Part shown: positions 1-13,547 of the stretch, piece after piece
Position numbering within the stretch: position 1 is the stretch's first letter
Layout: the number at the start of each line of letters is the position of its first letter
Assembly (NCBI GenBank): GCA_951406725.2
Contig: OX597824.1
Coordinates: forward strand, 82,026,001 to 82,090,000
Reading direction: 5' to 3'
From: Octopus vulgaris
Lineage: Eukaryota
DNA: 64,000 bases
Program-made: the position numbers and the translations under genes
Notes under the pieces: generated by a model
Told to the model about the DNA's origin: nothing
Databases searched by the model: none
Seen by the model: the letters and a program-made list of their open reading frames with translations, nothing else

Positions 1-235
1 TTCCTTCCAGCGACATTCTAATCTTCTAATCGCATATCTGTAGAAGCGGAGCTGTGACCTCTCAGTGTGAAGAGATATGGGATCGCCATGGAGAGATAAA
101 GGTTCGCCTCTGATCTCCAAGCTACGCACTCCGTCGAGTCACGTTACTCCAGAGATCCTTGAGAAGGACTAAATGTCGCCAACTTCCATTCGCTGTTGTA
201 CTCTTTCGGCCATAACCCTACGTTCATGACCATAG
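1..235 (-). mobile_element. Degraded RTE-clade (Rex3/Expander-like) LINE, post-RT C-terminal fragment
   Basis: Manual minus-strand translation with frameshifts: YGHERRVMAERVQQRMEV / ISGVT*LDGVRSLEIR / HTERSQLRFYRYAIR, resembling the RTE pattern YGxExW..T.R...EM.FLRRI.GV...D.VR...I...QLRWFGH. Confidence 0.65.
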
Positions 236-303
<68 letters not shown>

Positions 304-307
304 TCAC

Positions 308-720
308 AGGAGTGGCTGTGTGGTAAGTAGCTTGCTAACCAACCACATGGTTCCGGGTTCAGTCCCACTGCATGGCATCTTGGGCAAATGTCTTCTGCTA
401 TAGCCCCGGGCCGACCAATGCCTTGTGAGTGGATTTGGTAGACGGAAACTGAAAGAAGCCTGTCGTATATATGTATATATATATATAAGTGTGTGTGTAT
501 ATGTTTGTGTGTCTCTGTTTGTTCCCCTAGCCTCGTTCGACAACCGATGCTGGTGTGTTTACGTACCCGTCACTCAGCGGTTCGGCAAAAGATACCGATA
601 AAATAAGTACTGGGCTTACAAAGAATAAGTCCCGGGGTCGATTTGCTCGACTAAAGGCGGTGATCCAGCATGGCCGTAGTCAAATGACTGAAACAAGTAA
701 AAGAGTAAAAGAGTAAAAAG
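308..720 (+). mobile_element. tRNA-derived SINE, local family A (about 410 bp, internal TA/TG microsatellite)
   Basis: A-box-like TGGCTGTGTGGT, B-box-like GGTTCAGTCCC, (AAAAGAGT)n tail; more than 10 related copies in the window. Confidence 0.85.
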
Positions 721-728
721 AATGTGTG

Positions 729-760
<32 letters not shown>

Positions 761-762
761 TG

Positions 763-820
<58 letters not shown>

Positions 821-848
821 TAAGTATGTATGCACATATGTATGTATA

Positions 849-1220
849 GGTGCAGGAGTAGCTGTGTAGTAAGAAACTTACTTTTCAACCACATGGTTCC
901 GGGTTTAGTCCCACTGCATGAAACCTTGGGCAAGTGTCTTCTACTATAGCCTCGGGTCGACCATAGCCTTCTGAATAGATTTGGTAGACGGAAACTGAAA
1001 GAAGCCAGTCGTATATATATATATATATGCTTATGTGTCTGTGCTTGACCCCACCAACAAGGCTTGACAACCGATGCTGGTCTATTTACGTCCCCATAAC
1101 TAGTGGTTCGGCAAAAGAGTCCGGTAGAACAAATACTAGACTTACAACGAATAACTCCTGGGGACGATTTGCTCGACTAAAGCGGCGTATCAGCATGACC
1201 GCAGTCAAATGTCTGAAACA
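849..1220 (+). mobile_element. SINE family A, diverged copy
   Basis: Colinear with 308-720. Confidence 0.85.
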
Positions 1221-1466
1221 CATAAATATATATATAGATATAGATATAGACATAGATAGATAAAATAGATAGATAGATAGATAGAAAGATAGACAGATAG
1301 ACAGACATATATATATATAAATATCTATTTACCAATCTATCTATATGTGTGTGTATCGATATATATAATTAATTATATCAGGCTAAGAAAAATTTTAGAA
1401 ATTTTTTACTACTAATGACCTAACGTGTAGAAAAATTAGTCAATAGATTATATACTATTCATATAA

Positions 1467-1873
<407 letters not shown>

Positions 1874-2074
1874 GTAATCGTTAAACTTGTGATGCAAATA
1901 TTAAGTTGTAATATTTATAGATTCCTATTTCTCTTTTTTCGTGCAGAGAAAATCGAAAACAAATAGATCGACAAGTTTGGGTGTGACACATTCGTAGGTC
2001 TATAAATTATAAATTTGACAGACTATAAGAGGGACGTAGTTTGATGCAAGTGTTTGAAAGCTCAATAAACGAAA

Positions 2075-2520
2075 TGTGTATGCGTGTGAGAGTTGTCAGT
2101 GTTTGTAGAGATGTGTATGTGTGTGTATGGGTGTATCTGTGTGTGTGTCAGTATTTGTGTCTGTATGTATAGGTTTCTGTATGTATGTACGTACGTATGT
2201 TTGTATGTATGTATGTATGTACGTACATATGTATGTGTTTATGTATGCATGTATATATATGTATGTATGTATATATATGTACGTATGTTTGTTTGTATGT
2301 ATGTATGTACGTACATATGTATGTATGTAAGTATGTATGCATATATGTATACATGTATGTATATATGTATGTATGTATTTATATATCTATGTATATATGT
2401 ACGTACATATGTATGTACTTATGTATGCATGTACGTACATATGTATATGTGTATGTATGTAAGTATGTGTGCATGTATGTATATATGTATGTATATATTT
2501 ACGTAAGTACGTTTGTATGT
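2075..2520. repeat. Degenerate (TATG)n/(TG)n microsatellite
   Basis: Direct inspection. Confidence 0.9.
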
Positions 2521-3060
2521 TGATACTCCTATCATGTCACTGGTCGGTGAATGAAAATTAGTAAAATATTTATATTTAATCAAATTATTGTAAATTACAC
2601 TTCTCTTTTATTCATATGTATAGAAGAGGAGAAAATATGGAGGTTGAAATTCCAGGTTCAAAGCTGTGCTATGAACGATTGCCAGACCAATTGCTTCCGT
2701 GAGACAGCTTTACGTCTCATCACAACACTCACTGCGATGGCCCTCATTTTGATGGCTCTCATCAATATACCTTCCACATCATTTTTTTTTACGTCGTCTC
2801 TACTTCAATTTGATTTAGATATCTAGGAGTGACAAGTATTTACTTCACTTATTATTCTCACTCCGCATCGTAACCTGGAAGTTCAATTACAGATCACATT
2901 TCTGGTGATAAAAATAAGAGTGATCACATTTCCAGGCGTTGGATATTACTGGCTGCTAAGGTGTATACAATTTCTCACTGAGGTAGAGGTGGCAATTATG
3001 AAATGGTGATTAAACAGGTGAATAACCAGGTAAATAAACACGGGTGCTACAAAGGATATT

Positions 3061-3369
3061 TGTTGTGTGGTGAAATAGTATACCCTTCCCGGAAAAAGTG
3101 GTAGGTGTCAGCCATTATAAATAAACAATTAGCCAATCGTCAAGAAAGGGTCGAGAGTCGAAGAGTTGAGAGACGACAGTTAAAAAGGATATCTTGTGGA
3201 GCTGTCAGCGATAGTAAAACAGGAGAATTTAGTGTACTATTATTCCGGTACGACGAGATACAACGGTATCTGATGACTAGTAACTATTGTGGCTACTAGT
3301 GTAAAAGAGCAACTACAGTACAACGGCAGTCACACATCACACCAATGGAAGAAAACCCACTTTACAACA
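3061..3369 (+). mobile_element. Solo LTR (309 bp) with BEL/Pao- or copia-type termini
   Basis: Starts TGTTGT, ends ACAACA; perfect 5-bp TSD ATATT at 3056-3060 and 3370-3374; TATAAATA near 3116. Strand inferred from the TATA only. Confidence 0.75.
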
Positions 3370-3485
3370 ATATTCTACATAATATTAATGAATTTCAGTA
3401 GATAGAGATTGTGGTTTCACGCAGGGGCTGTTTGGTTGCATGGCTGTTTCTGTTGTGGCATGCGTCTTTGGAAATGAAAATAATA

Positions 3486-4048
3486 TTGGGTTTTCCAGAA
3501 AGTTCGTGCCGATTCTTAAAGGAATGAAAATGTCAATAAATACTTGCCATTAAATTTTTAATCAACCAAATATGAACCATTTGTGCACAATGCGTCTCCA
3601 TCTTTCCTTTAACTTGAAAATACCCTCTTCCCAGAATTGAGGTGGTTTCATGGCAAAGAATTCATCAAGGTCTCTTTTTACGTCATCCAAGGAATTGACA
3701 TTTTTACCATTAAGAATATTCTGCAGATACCTGAATAAGTGGAAATCTGAAGGAGCAATATCTGGTGAATATGGAGGTTGGGGTAATACATCCCAGCCGA
3801 GCTGCAGCAATTTTTGTCTGGTTCCCAAAGCATCAAGTGCCGAAAATGAACTTTCTTATCTTCCATTTTAAAAGGTTACAGAATGAACACAGGTTATAGG
3901 AACATAAAATTTCTTCCACGAAAAGACAGCTTAAACTGTGCTCTAAATGGATGTGTAGTCAAATCCTACTTTATGGACTCAACCATGTTCTAAAATAAGT
4001 CGAAATGTAAGCTACTATAAATCAGCATGAACTTTCCGGACAACCCAA
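3486..4048 (-). mobile_element. Non-autonomous internally deleted mariner element
   Basis: About 30-bp TIRs TTGGGTT(G/T)TCC(A/G)GAAAGTTC(G/A)TGC, TA TSD; encodes N-terminal MEDKKVHFRHLMLWE joined to C-terminal GWDVL.PPYSPDIAPSDFHLF (mariner YSPDLAPSD motif). Confidence 0.93.
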
Positions 4049-4178
4049 TAGTATCTAAGCTAACTTGAAAGTTACGTCCATTAAAATGTTCACGATACCA
4101 ATGAGTTTTTGATGAATATTATCTAATTTCGAAAATGGTTATTCGAGCTGCTTAACTGTTTCTGAACTTTTTAAAACT

Positions 4179-4484
4179 GGTGCTCCGTCGGTTACGACGA
4201 AAACCATTCCAGTTGATCCGATCAACGAACATCCTACTTGTGAAATATCACCCCACAGCTGCGCGTACTATTAGCATAGTTCTCAGGGAGATTCGGCGAG
4301 AAACAGAATGTGACAAATTGGCTCCTTTGAATCACAGGTACTTCTCATTTTTGCCATTTATGTGGGCTGGAGGAATGTGAAAAAAAAGTGTCTTGCTCAA
4401 GGACAAAACGCGTCCGTACGAATCGAACTCACAACCTCACCATTGTCGGCCGAAAACTCTAACCACTAAGCCACGCGCCTTCAC
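4179..4484 (-). mobile_element. tRNA-derived SINE, head D + tail E
   Basis: Head GAAGGCGCGTGGCTTAGTGGTTAG with B-box GTTCGATTC; tail ends CGTAACCGACGGAGC. Confidence 0.8.
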
Positions 4485-5080
4485 TCGCTGCAGGTTAGTC
4501 CTGCTCCAACAGACCTATGATTAAAGTTGTCTTCGCCGTGACCAACCAATCTTATTTCCAAACATAGTATATCTAGGAATATTTGATTTCATGTGACCTT
4601 AGCATCAGGTCACATTTGTTCCAACAAATCCATTATCAAAAACGTCCTAGCTGTGACCCTCTTATTTTATATTCAGACCTTGTGTCCCTATGACTATTTG
4701 ATCTCTTATAACCCTTTATTTTTGTTCTTGTCAAATCACTGGCCAGTCCTCGTCCGGCAGATCAGTGACCAAAGACTAGCTAAATCTAGAAGGAATGGTA
4801 GACCGAAGCTGTGAAATTGCACACTGCTTATAATGTCTTCCCACAGATAAAAATCAACACTCAAATGGTAATCTTGACGGTCGATATCTCTGTCTCAGAC
4901 TTTGGTTCTCAGTCATTAGGCAAAAAGATAGTGAGAGATAAGAACTACTTTATTCCTTAGATAATTTAGTATCTTTGTACCTAAATACAATTCAAATAAG
5001 AGACGAAACCATTACTACTAGTGACTAATTTTTCGTTTTATTATATTTAATATTCTATTCTATACATTACCAAAATTTTT

Positions 5081-5137
<57 letters not shown>

Positions 5138-5168
5138 CTATTACCACAATACATTTTTTTATAATTTA

Positions 5169-5600
5169 TTGGGTTGTCTGGAAAGTTCGTACCTATTTTT
5201 AAAGGAGTGAAAAATGTCAATATATACTTGCCATTACATTTTTAATCGACCACATATGAACCATTTTCTTGCACAATGCGTCTCCATCTTTCCCTAAACT
5301 TGAAAATACCCTCTTCCCAGAATTGAGGTGATTTCATGGCAAAGAATTCATCAAGGTATCTTTTTACGTCATCCAAAGAATTGAAATTTTTACAATTAAG
5401 ACTATTCTGCAGAGACCTGAATAAGTGGGAATCCGAAGGAGCAATATCTGGTGAATATGGAGGGTGGGATAATACATCCCAGCCAAGCTGCAGCAATTTT
5501 TGTCTGGTTCCCAAAGCAAGTGCCAAAATGAACTTTCTTATCTTCCATTTTAAAGGGTTACAAAATTAACACAGGTTATAGGAACATAAACCTTCTTCCA
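5169..5600 (-). mobile_element. Truncated copy of the deleted mariner element
   Basis: One TIR after TA; ORF 5242-5526 with HPPYSPDIAPSD; the other end is replaced by a GA/GATA microsatellite. Confidence 0.9.
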
Positions 5601-5614
5601 AGAGAGACAGAGAG

Positions 5615-5729
<115 letters not shown>

Positions 5730-6237
5730 CCGCCGATAACAAGATGTAAATACATATTTCAAATAATGAGCTTTCCTGAAGAAATCCACGACTTGGAGCG
5801 CATGCCCAGGCTCATAACGCAATGCAATTAACAAACCAGATTTTAAAACAAATCTTTCATTTTTAGGAGACGGTTAACGAAAAGAGACACACTAGGTCAA
5901 TTATATAGGTTGATTATTGAAATCACATGCCTTGGATCTAAGTATGATATAGCGGCTTGCTCATATAATGTAAGGTAACGCGTCTTAGCTAAGCACTTTT
6001 TCCAAAATGTCCTCAACAAATGTTCGTGCAAATTATGGGTTATTTTGACCGACGTTTTTGTATGTAACACGTCGCGTAAACGGAAGGAGCCAACTACTTC
6101 CGCTTCGGAAGAAATAGAAGATATGAAGGAAGTTTACATGATTTTATTTTATAGCAAATCACTTTCTCTTTTGTTGATTCTCTCTCTTTTTATGTGTGTG
6201 TCCGTGTGTGTGTCCGCGTGTGTGTTCTGCGTGATTA

Positions 6238-6289
<52 letters not shown>

Positions 6290-6413
6290 TATATGCATGT
6301 ATATATATATATATATATATAAACATATATATATATATATACATATATATATACATATATATACATACATATATATATTCATATGTATATATACATATGT
6401 CTGTATATTTGTG

Positions 6414-6469
<56 letters not shown>

Positions 6470-7385
6470 CACATATGTATATATTTGTGTATATATATAT
6501 ATATATATATGCGCATAAATATATACATATATACGCACACGTATATATAACAATATATATACAATATATACCTACCTGTGTCTATCTTTTTACCCACCTC
6601 TCTCTCTTTCTCTCTCACCGTCTCTCACTCTCTTTGTACACACACACACACACACATATGCATATGCACACGTGTATGCGTATGTGTATGTGTGCATGTA
6701 TGTGATTACACACTTAGAGATATCTATACACAGAGACAAAACACTCGCGTATATCGTACGTGCGTGAGTATGCGTTTACGTACATACCTGTGTGTGTATA
6801 TATATGTACGTATGTTTACGCGTGTGTACGTGTGTCTGTCTGTCTGGTTGTCTGTGTATGTACGAGTCTCTGTATGAAAGCAAAACGGAATGTTTTGAAG
6901 TCTAATTGTGATGCAGTTTGATCTTTTTGAAATATAGACTAAAAGAAAATTGACTGAAATACAATAAAATATTATAAAAGTCGTGACAATATTTCAAATG
7001 AAATTACAGATCAATCGAAGGATCGATAAAATGACACTTCGGTATCGATTATTCTGTTGACTCATATCAATAATGACTATATTAACTGCTATTCCTTGAT
7101 TGCTATAATACTAATAATACTAATAGTTGGAAAAATGGCGGAGTGGATGTCAGTAAAGAATAAATGAAATAAAGAAAAAGGATAATAAAAGAAAGAAAGA
7201 AAGAAAATACGAAGTAAAACAAGAAAGTCGAAGAAGGAAATAGACGACGAGACAGACATAGAGATAGAGGGATATATGTATGTGTGAGTGTATATATGTT
7301 TATAGAGAATAGATGTGTATAGAGGGAGGGGTTAAGGGGGTAGCGAAAGAGATAAATAAATGGATAGATGGACGGACGTTTGGAC

Positions 7386-7539
<154 letters not shown>

Positions 7540-7787
7540 GAAGAAAATTTAGTTTGCAAAAATATTAAAAGGAACAAAATAAACATCAAATATAAAGAAA
7601 GGATAAATGAAAGGAATATAATAAAGAATAGATAAAGGAAATAAGGAAGAAAGGAAGAAAAGATGAAAGGAAGAAAGGAAGGAGAGAAGGAAGGAAATGT
7701 AATTGTTGAAAGGTTCATCAGGTGTGTCAAGGGAGATAAATCTAATAACTATAGGGAAATGTATTAAGATGGATTTAAGAGAGAAAA

Positions 7788-8530
7788 CTAGAGAGGGAGG
7801 AGAGAAACGGGAAGAGAAGAGATCGGACAGAGAGGGGAATGAGTGATCAGAGTGTGCAGAGAGAAGAGAGAGAGAGAGAGAGGAGATGAAGGGGAAGAGA
7901 AGAGATCGGACAGAGAGAGCGATGAGAGATCAGAGTGTGCAGAGAAGACAGTGATAGGAGAGAAAGGGGTAGAGAAGAGATCGGAGAGAGAGAGAAAGAG
8001 AGAGATATGAGAGAAAGAGAGAGAGAGAGAGAGGAGAGAAACGGGAAGAGAAGAGATCGGACAGAGAGAGCGATGAGAGATCAGAGTATGCAGAGAAGAC
8101 AGAGTGATAGGAGAGAAAGGGGGAGAGAAGAGATCGGAGAGAGAGAGCGATGAGAGATCAGAGTGTGCAGAGAAGAGAGAGTAATAGGAGAGAAAGGAGG
8201 AGAGAAGAGATCGGAGAGAGAGAGAAAGAGAGAGATATGGGAGAAAGAGAGAGATATGAGAGAAAGAGAGAGATATGAGAGAAAGAGAGAGATATGAGAG
8301 AAAGTGAGAGATATGAGAGAAAGAGAGAGAGGGAGAGAGAGAGAGGAGAGAAACGGGAAGAGAAGAGATCGAATAGAGAGAGGGATAAAGAGAAGGATGA
8401 GAGAAAGAGAGAGCGATAAAAGAAAGAGAGAGAGAGAAGAAAGAAAAGGGGAGAGAAGAGATCGAATAGAGAGAGAGATGGGAGATCAGAGTGTGCAGAG
8501 AGAAAAGTAAGAGGGAGAGAGATATATAGA
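7788..8530. repeat. Purine-rich compound minisatellite
   Basis: Recurring GATCAGAGTGTGCAGAGAAG and GAGAAGAGATCGGA blocks in a (GA)n matrix. Confidence 0.85.
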
Positions 8531-8970
8531 GAGAGTGAGAAAGAGAGATAGATAGAGGGAGAGATGTGTGAACTAAAAGAGATGGAGTGCATTTGAGTAG
8601 AACTAGTATGTATAAGGTTAAAGAGATATGAGGAGAACAATAAATTGAGAGACAGAAGAGGAATAGAGAAGAATTACAAAGATGTGACGTTGGCAAAGAG
8701 GGAGAGAAAGTGGCGGTGGGAGTACATAGATGAGAGTAGGAAAAAGTATAAGGGATGAAAGGAAGAGAGAGGGGGCTTTGTGAGCGAGATATGGAAGAGG
8801 AAAGACACAAGTTATTGGAGGAGAGGATTGATGAAATGCAGAAAGATGAGGAAGACAGAGAGAAGCCGGTCCCTGAGGAGGAAGAAGAAGAGTTAGGGAA
8901 AGTATATAAAGTTGAGGGTGGGTCTGAGTGAGGATGGTAAAGGAATTGAGTTGAGTGAGGAGAAAGAGTA

Positions 8971-9009
<39 letters not shown>

Positions 9010-9024
9010 GTGAGAGAGAGGGAA

Positions 9025-9310
9025 AGAGTGAGAGAGAGAAGAAAAGGAAGTGGTTGTAACGGAATTGTTATCCCTACAGGAGAGGGAAGAGGAAGAGAGA
9101 GAGGGGGTAAGAGAGAGAGAGAGAGTGAGAGAGAGAAGAAAAGGAAGTGGTTGTAACGGAATTGTTATCCCTACAGGAGAGGGAGGAGGAAGAGAGAGAG
9201 AGGGTGAGAGAGAGAGAAAGAGTGAGAGAGAGAAGAAAAGGAAGTGGTTGTAACGGAATTGTTATCCCTACAGGAGAGGGAGGAGGAAGAGAGAGAGAGA
9301 GGGTGAGAGA
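9025..9310. repeat. 97-bp tandem repeat x3
   Basis: GTGGTTGTAACGGAATTGTTATCCCTACAGG at about 9050, 9147 and 9244. Confidence 0.9.
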
Positions 9311-9695
9311 TAGACAGACAGAGAGAAACAGAGAGAGAGAGGGGGGAAGTGAGAGAGGAATGAAAGATGAGAATGAGAAAGGGAGGAATGAAAAAAGGGA
9401 AGAGTAGGAGAGAGGGGTGAGAGAGAGACAGACAGAGAGAAACTGAAGGTAAGCGGGAAAAAATAGGGTGGTAGTAGGAATGACAAACGAAGAACAAAGT
9501 AGCAGAATGGCCCAAGGTGGACGAGGACAGTAGCTGGAATGAGGTCAAGGGAATATTTCGATTTCAGACAACCATTAAAACTAACATATGTTCAACGTAG
9601 CTGTTTTGTTTTTAAAGGAAATATGATGCGATATGAGAGGTAATATGACTGATAGTTCTAGCAGGTTAACCCTGGTACAAAGAACGCAACATTTA

Positions 9696-10020
9696 CAGTA
9701 ATCCCTCGCCATATCGCGGATTACCTATCGCAGTTCACCTATCGCAGTTCACCGATCGCGGTTCACCTATCGCGGTTCACCTATCACAGTTCACCTATAG
9801 CAATTCACATATTGTGGTTCACCTACACGGTTCGCCTATCGCGGTTCACCTATCGCAGTTCACCTATAGCAAGTTCACCTATCGCGTTTCACCTATCGCA
9901 ATTCACCTATCGCAGTTCACCAATCGCGGTTCACCTATCGCAGTTCACCTATCGCAGTTCACTTATCGCGGCTCACCTATCGCGGTTCACCTATCACGGT
10001 TCACCTATCGTGGTTCACTT
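9696..10020. repeat. Tigger/pogo-like terminus followed by a 14-bp minisatellite (about 22 copies)
   Basis: TA-CAGTAATCCCTCGCCATATCGCGG, then (GTTCACCTATCGCR)n. Confidence 0.85.
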
Positions 10021-10111
10021 AACGAGGTTTATTATTCAAGCTTACGTCGATTCCTCAAATCTACCCCGGGATTAATCAAATGATTGAAGCAAGTAAAAAT
10101 TAAAAGATACG

Positions 10112-10142
<31 letters not shown>

Positions 10143-10531
10143 TTGATCGACTAGTTACTCCACAACTATTCCCGAGATAACACTTATGGACGTTCTGTAT
10201 TAAAATGCACAATAAGTATCGGTGCATATACATTAAGTGCATATATGAACCATAAAAGTCTTCTTTATATTTAAATACTGTCTGGATTTGCGTTTCCTGG
10301 AGTCTATGCAGCGCGGCGATTATTCGCAACACTACTGAATGTTTTGTGCAATATTTCCTATATCGGAGGTGACGAATTCTTGTCTGAGCATTTGGTTAGC
10401 TGCGAGTACATGTCATTGAAAAACTTCTTTCCCGCCACCACCAAAAAAGCCAAAATGCATGTAGCGTTCTCGCCAGCTTCTACCGAGACGAATTTTCTTT
10501 CCCCTTTTACAAAAAGCAATATATATATATA

Positions 10532-10611
<80 letters not shown>

Positions 10612-10875
10612 CGTGTGTATAGTTCCCCGTAACGTAGCGGTTCAGCCAAAATTGACTAATAGAATAAGTACTTAAGTCTTAAGGAAAAATAAGTTCGGGA
10701 TTCGATCTGTTCCACTAAAACCCATTAAAAGCAGTGCCCCAGCATGGCCGCAGTCAAATGACTAAAACAAGTAAAAGATAAAAGATAATTATTTTGGAGG
10801 CGCGACACTTAGTGAGTAGGATGCTGGAATTATAGTCATATCATAGTCTGTTTGATGTCAGGATCCTGAGGGAGG

Positions 10876-11130
10876 GAGGTGCGTGGCTTAGTGGTTAGGG
10901 CGTTGCGCGGCTTAGTGGTTAGGGCGTTGCGCTCAAGAGTATAAGATTATGGTTGCGAATCCTAGGCCATCTTATGCGTTGTGTTCTCGAACGAAACACT
11001 TCATTTCACGTCGCTACAGTCCATTCAATCCGGCGGAAATGAGTAATACTGCGACGGACAGTATGTCCAAGGGGGCATGTATACCCCTTAGAATCTGGGA
11101 GACCGGCGTTATGAGTCTACAACTCGGGAA
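10876..11130 (+). mobile_element. Diverged SINE with head D and a tandemly duplicated A-box
   Basis: GGCTTAGTGGTTAGGGCGTTGCGC occurs twice in tandem. Confidence 0.7.
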
Positions 11131-11320
11131 GGACCTTTGTGAAATAATTTTTTCCTATTAGAATATGTAGAATTTGTGGAGGTGGGTTGTATCACTGTGC
11201 AACGAACTTTATTACATTGAGCCCTTTCTCCCTGTGGCTGTCACATCCTTGTTGTTCTGCCAGGTGGAAAGGGAGGAAAGGCAAAAACCGAAAATGCTAT
11301 TTGCGTCTCTACTCGATTGG

Positions 11321-11879
11321 AAGGAGCACCCCGTCGGTTACGACGACGAGGGCCCCAGTTGATACGATCAACGGAACAGCTTGCTCGTGAAATTGACGTG
11401 CAAGTGACTGAGCACTCCGCAGACACGTGTACCTATTTCTTTACTACCCACAAGGGGCTAAACACAGAGGGGACAAACAAGGACAAACGGATTAAGTCGA
11501 TTATATCGACCCCAGTGCGTAACTGGTGCTTAATTTATCGACCCCGAAAGGATGAAAGGCAAAGTCGACCTCGGCGGTATTTGAACTCAGAACGTAACGG
11601 CAGACGAAATACGGCTACGCATTTCGCCCGGCGCGCTAACGTTTCTGGCAGCTCGCCGAGACGTGTACCGTTAACGTGGTTGTCAGAGAGATTCAGTGTG
11701 ACACAGAGTGTGACAAGGCTGGCCCTTTGAAATACAAAATACAGGTACCACTAATTTTTGCCAGCTGGGGCAACGTGAAATAACGTATCTTGCTCAAGAA
11801 CACAACACGTCGCCGGGAAACGATCTGACGAGCTTACGATCGTGAACGGGATGCCCTTAACCACTGAGCCACGCGCCAT
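11321..11879 (-). mobile_element. SINE head D + tail E, interrupted by a nested family B SINE
   Basis: The two halves rejoin across 11434-11660. Confidence 0.85.
11434..11657 (-). mobile_element. SINE family B, nested insertion
   Basis: Head GGCGAGCTG.CAGAAACGTTAGC, B-box GAGTTCAAAT, core GACTTTGCCTTTCATCCTTTCGGGGTCGATAAA; TSD ACGTGTACC at 11425-11433 and 11661-11669. Confidence 0.88.
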
Positions 11880-12398
11880 CATTTTCCCGATTACATAAGG
11901 ATCAAAATCAATTAGCGAAAACCATACTACATGCTAGCTAAATGAGGGCTACGGTTGATTATCCAGAGGTTAATACTACGATCACAAAGATTATATAGAG
12001 GTTAATACATCTGTACCTAAAAAGAATTAAAGGCTGATACCGCGTTTACAAAAACGGGTTAATATCATGACGATAGACGAAATATAAATGCTATTTACAA
12101 AGCCCCACTTTCTGCGGCAAATTTACGCCGCATCATTAATATATATATTTATTTTTGTATATTTTTTTACTATTTCCCTTTTACATAGAAATTCATTGAA
12201 TTACATTTATTTTGTCTGTTTCTGTGTTGACTATTCATGATTGTTTTTGTGTGTGTTTTGTGTGTGATTTTTTTCCCCAGTCTTCTGCTAGTAAATGTCT
12301 TATTTACATTTAAAAGAACCTTAACCGTTTATGTTATGCATATATACATATATAATATAATTCGTCTGTCTGGCCTGCCTATTAAATGTTTCATTCAT

Positions 12399-12442
<44 letters not shown>

Positions 12443-12595
12443 GTGTGTGTGTGTGTGTATTGATATGTGTGTACATCTGTGTATGTGAGTATGAATACAT
12501 ATGTATACATATACATATGTTCATGCATATATTTATGAATAAATATTCCTATATATATATATATATATTTCGTCTTTTGTCTATTTTCATAAAGC

Positions 12596-12751
<156 letters not shown>

Positions 12752-13113
12752 TAAATATTTACATATATATATGTGTGTGTGTGTATGTATGCATGTATGT
12801 ATGTATATATAATTCATACACATACAAGCGCACAAATGCGTATATCTATTATGGGCATACATGCATAAACATCTCTACATAATTACATATACATGTACAT
12901 CCACACACACACACACACTAAGCAATCAGTTTGTCTGTCTGTCCGTCCGTCCGTCCGTCTGACTGTTAAGTCTCTGCAACAGTTTATCTGTCTCTATCTG
13001 ACATCGGTGACGTCGGCGGTGGCGCGCGACGGCGACGGCGGCGGCAACACCAGCCAGTTCCGGTTTCGCTTTCATTTTCTATATTACTTTATATTGTGTT
13101 TTTTCCTTTCCTT

Positions 13114-13185
<72 letters not shown>

Positions 13186-13547
13186 TTTATTTATTCATTT
13201 ATTTATTTTTATACCTATCAGCCAACTGCCACCCCTTTGATACCCCCATCCAACTGTCTGCTCTATATTCACACCATTATAGACCATAACAGCTAATTAA
13301 TGCTGGCTTTCGTTTCGCTCTGAATCTCTCTACGTGTGTCTCCCGCTCGCTCTCTCTCTCACACACATACACACTCCGTCTATCTGCATCTCTCTCTCTT
13401 TCTCTCTCTCTCTCTTTCTGTCTCATTCGTTCTTTCTCTCTTTCTCTCTCATTGTCTTCTCTTTCCCGGTTTGTCTGTACTGAGTACCATGTTGATGTTG
13501 TTGTTTCGTTGTCATTGTTGAATGGTTTTTTTGTGGTGATGGTAAAG

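Noticed and set aside
9719-10020. Possible CRISPR-like array
   Set aside because: Contiguous 14-bp units with no spacers; eukaryotic context and no cas genes
10380-10510. Minus-strand WRERYMHFGF resembling an hAT/Charlie transposase N-terminus
   Set aside because: Too short, with no further motifs or TIRs recognised
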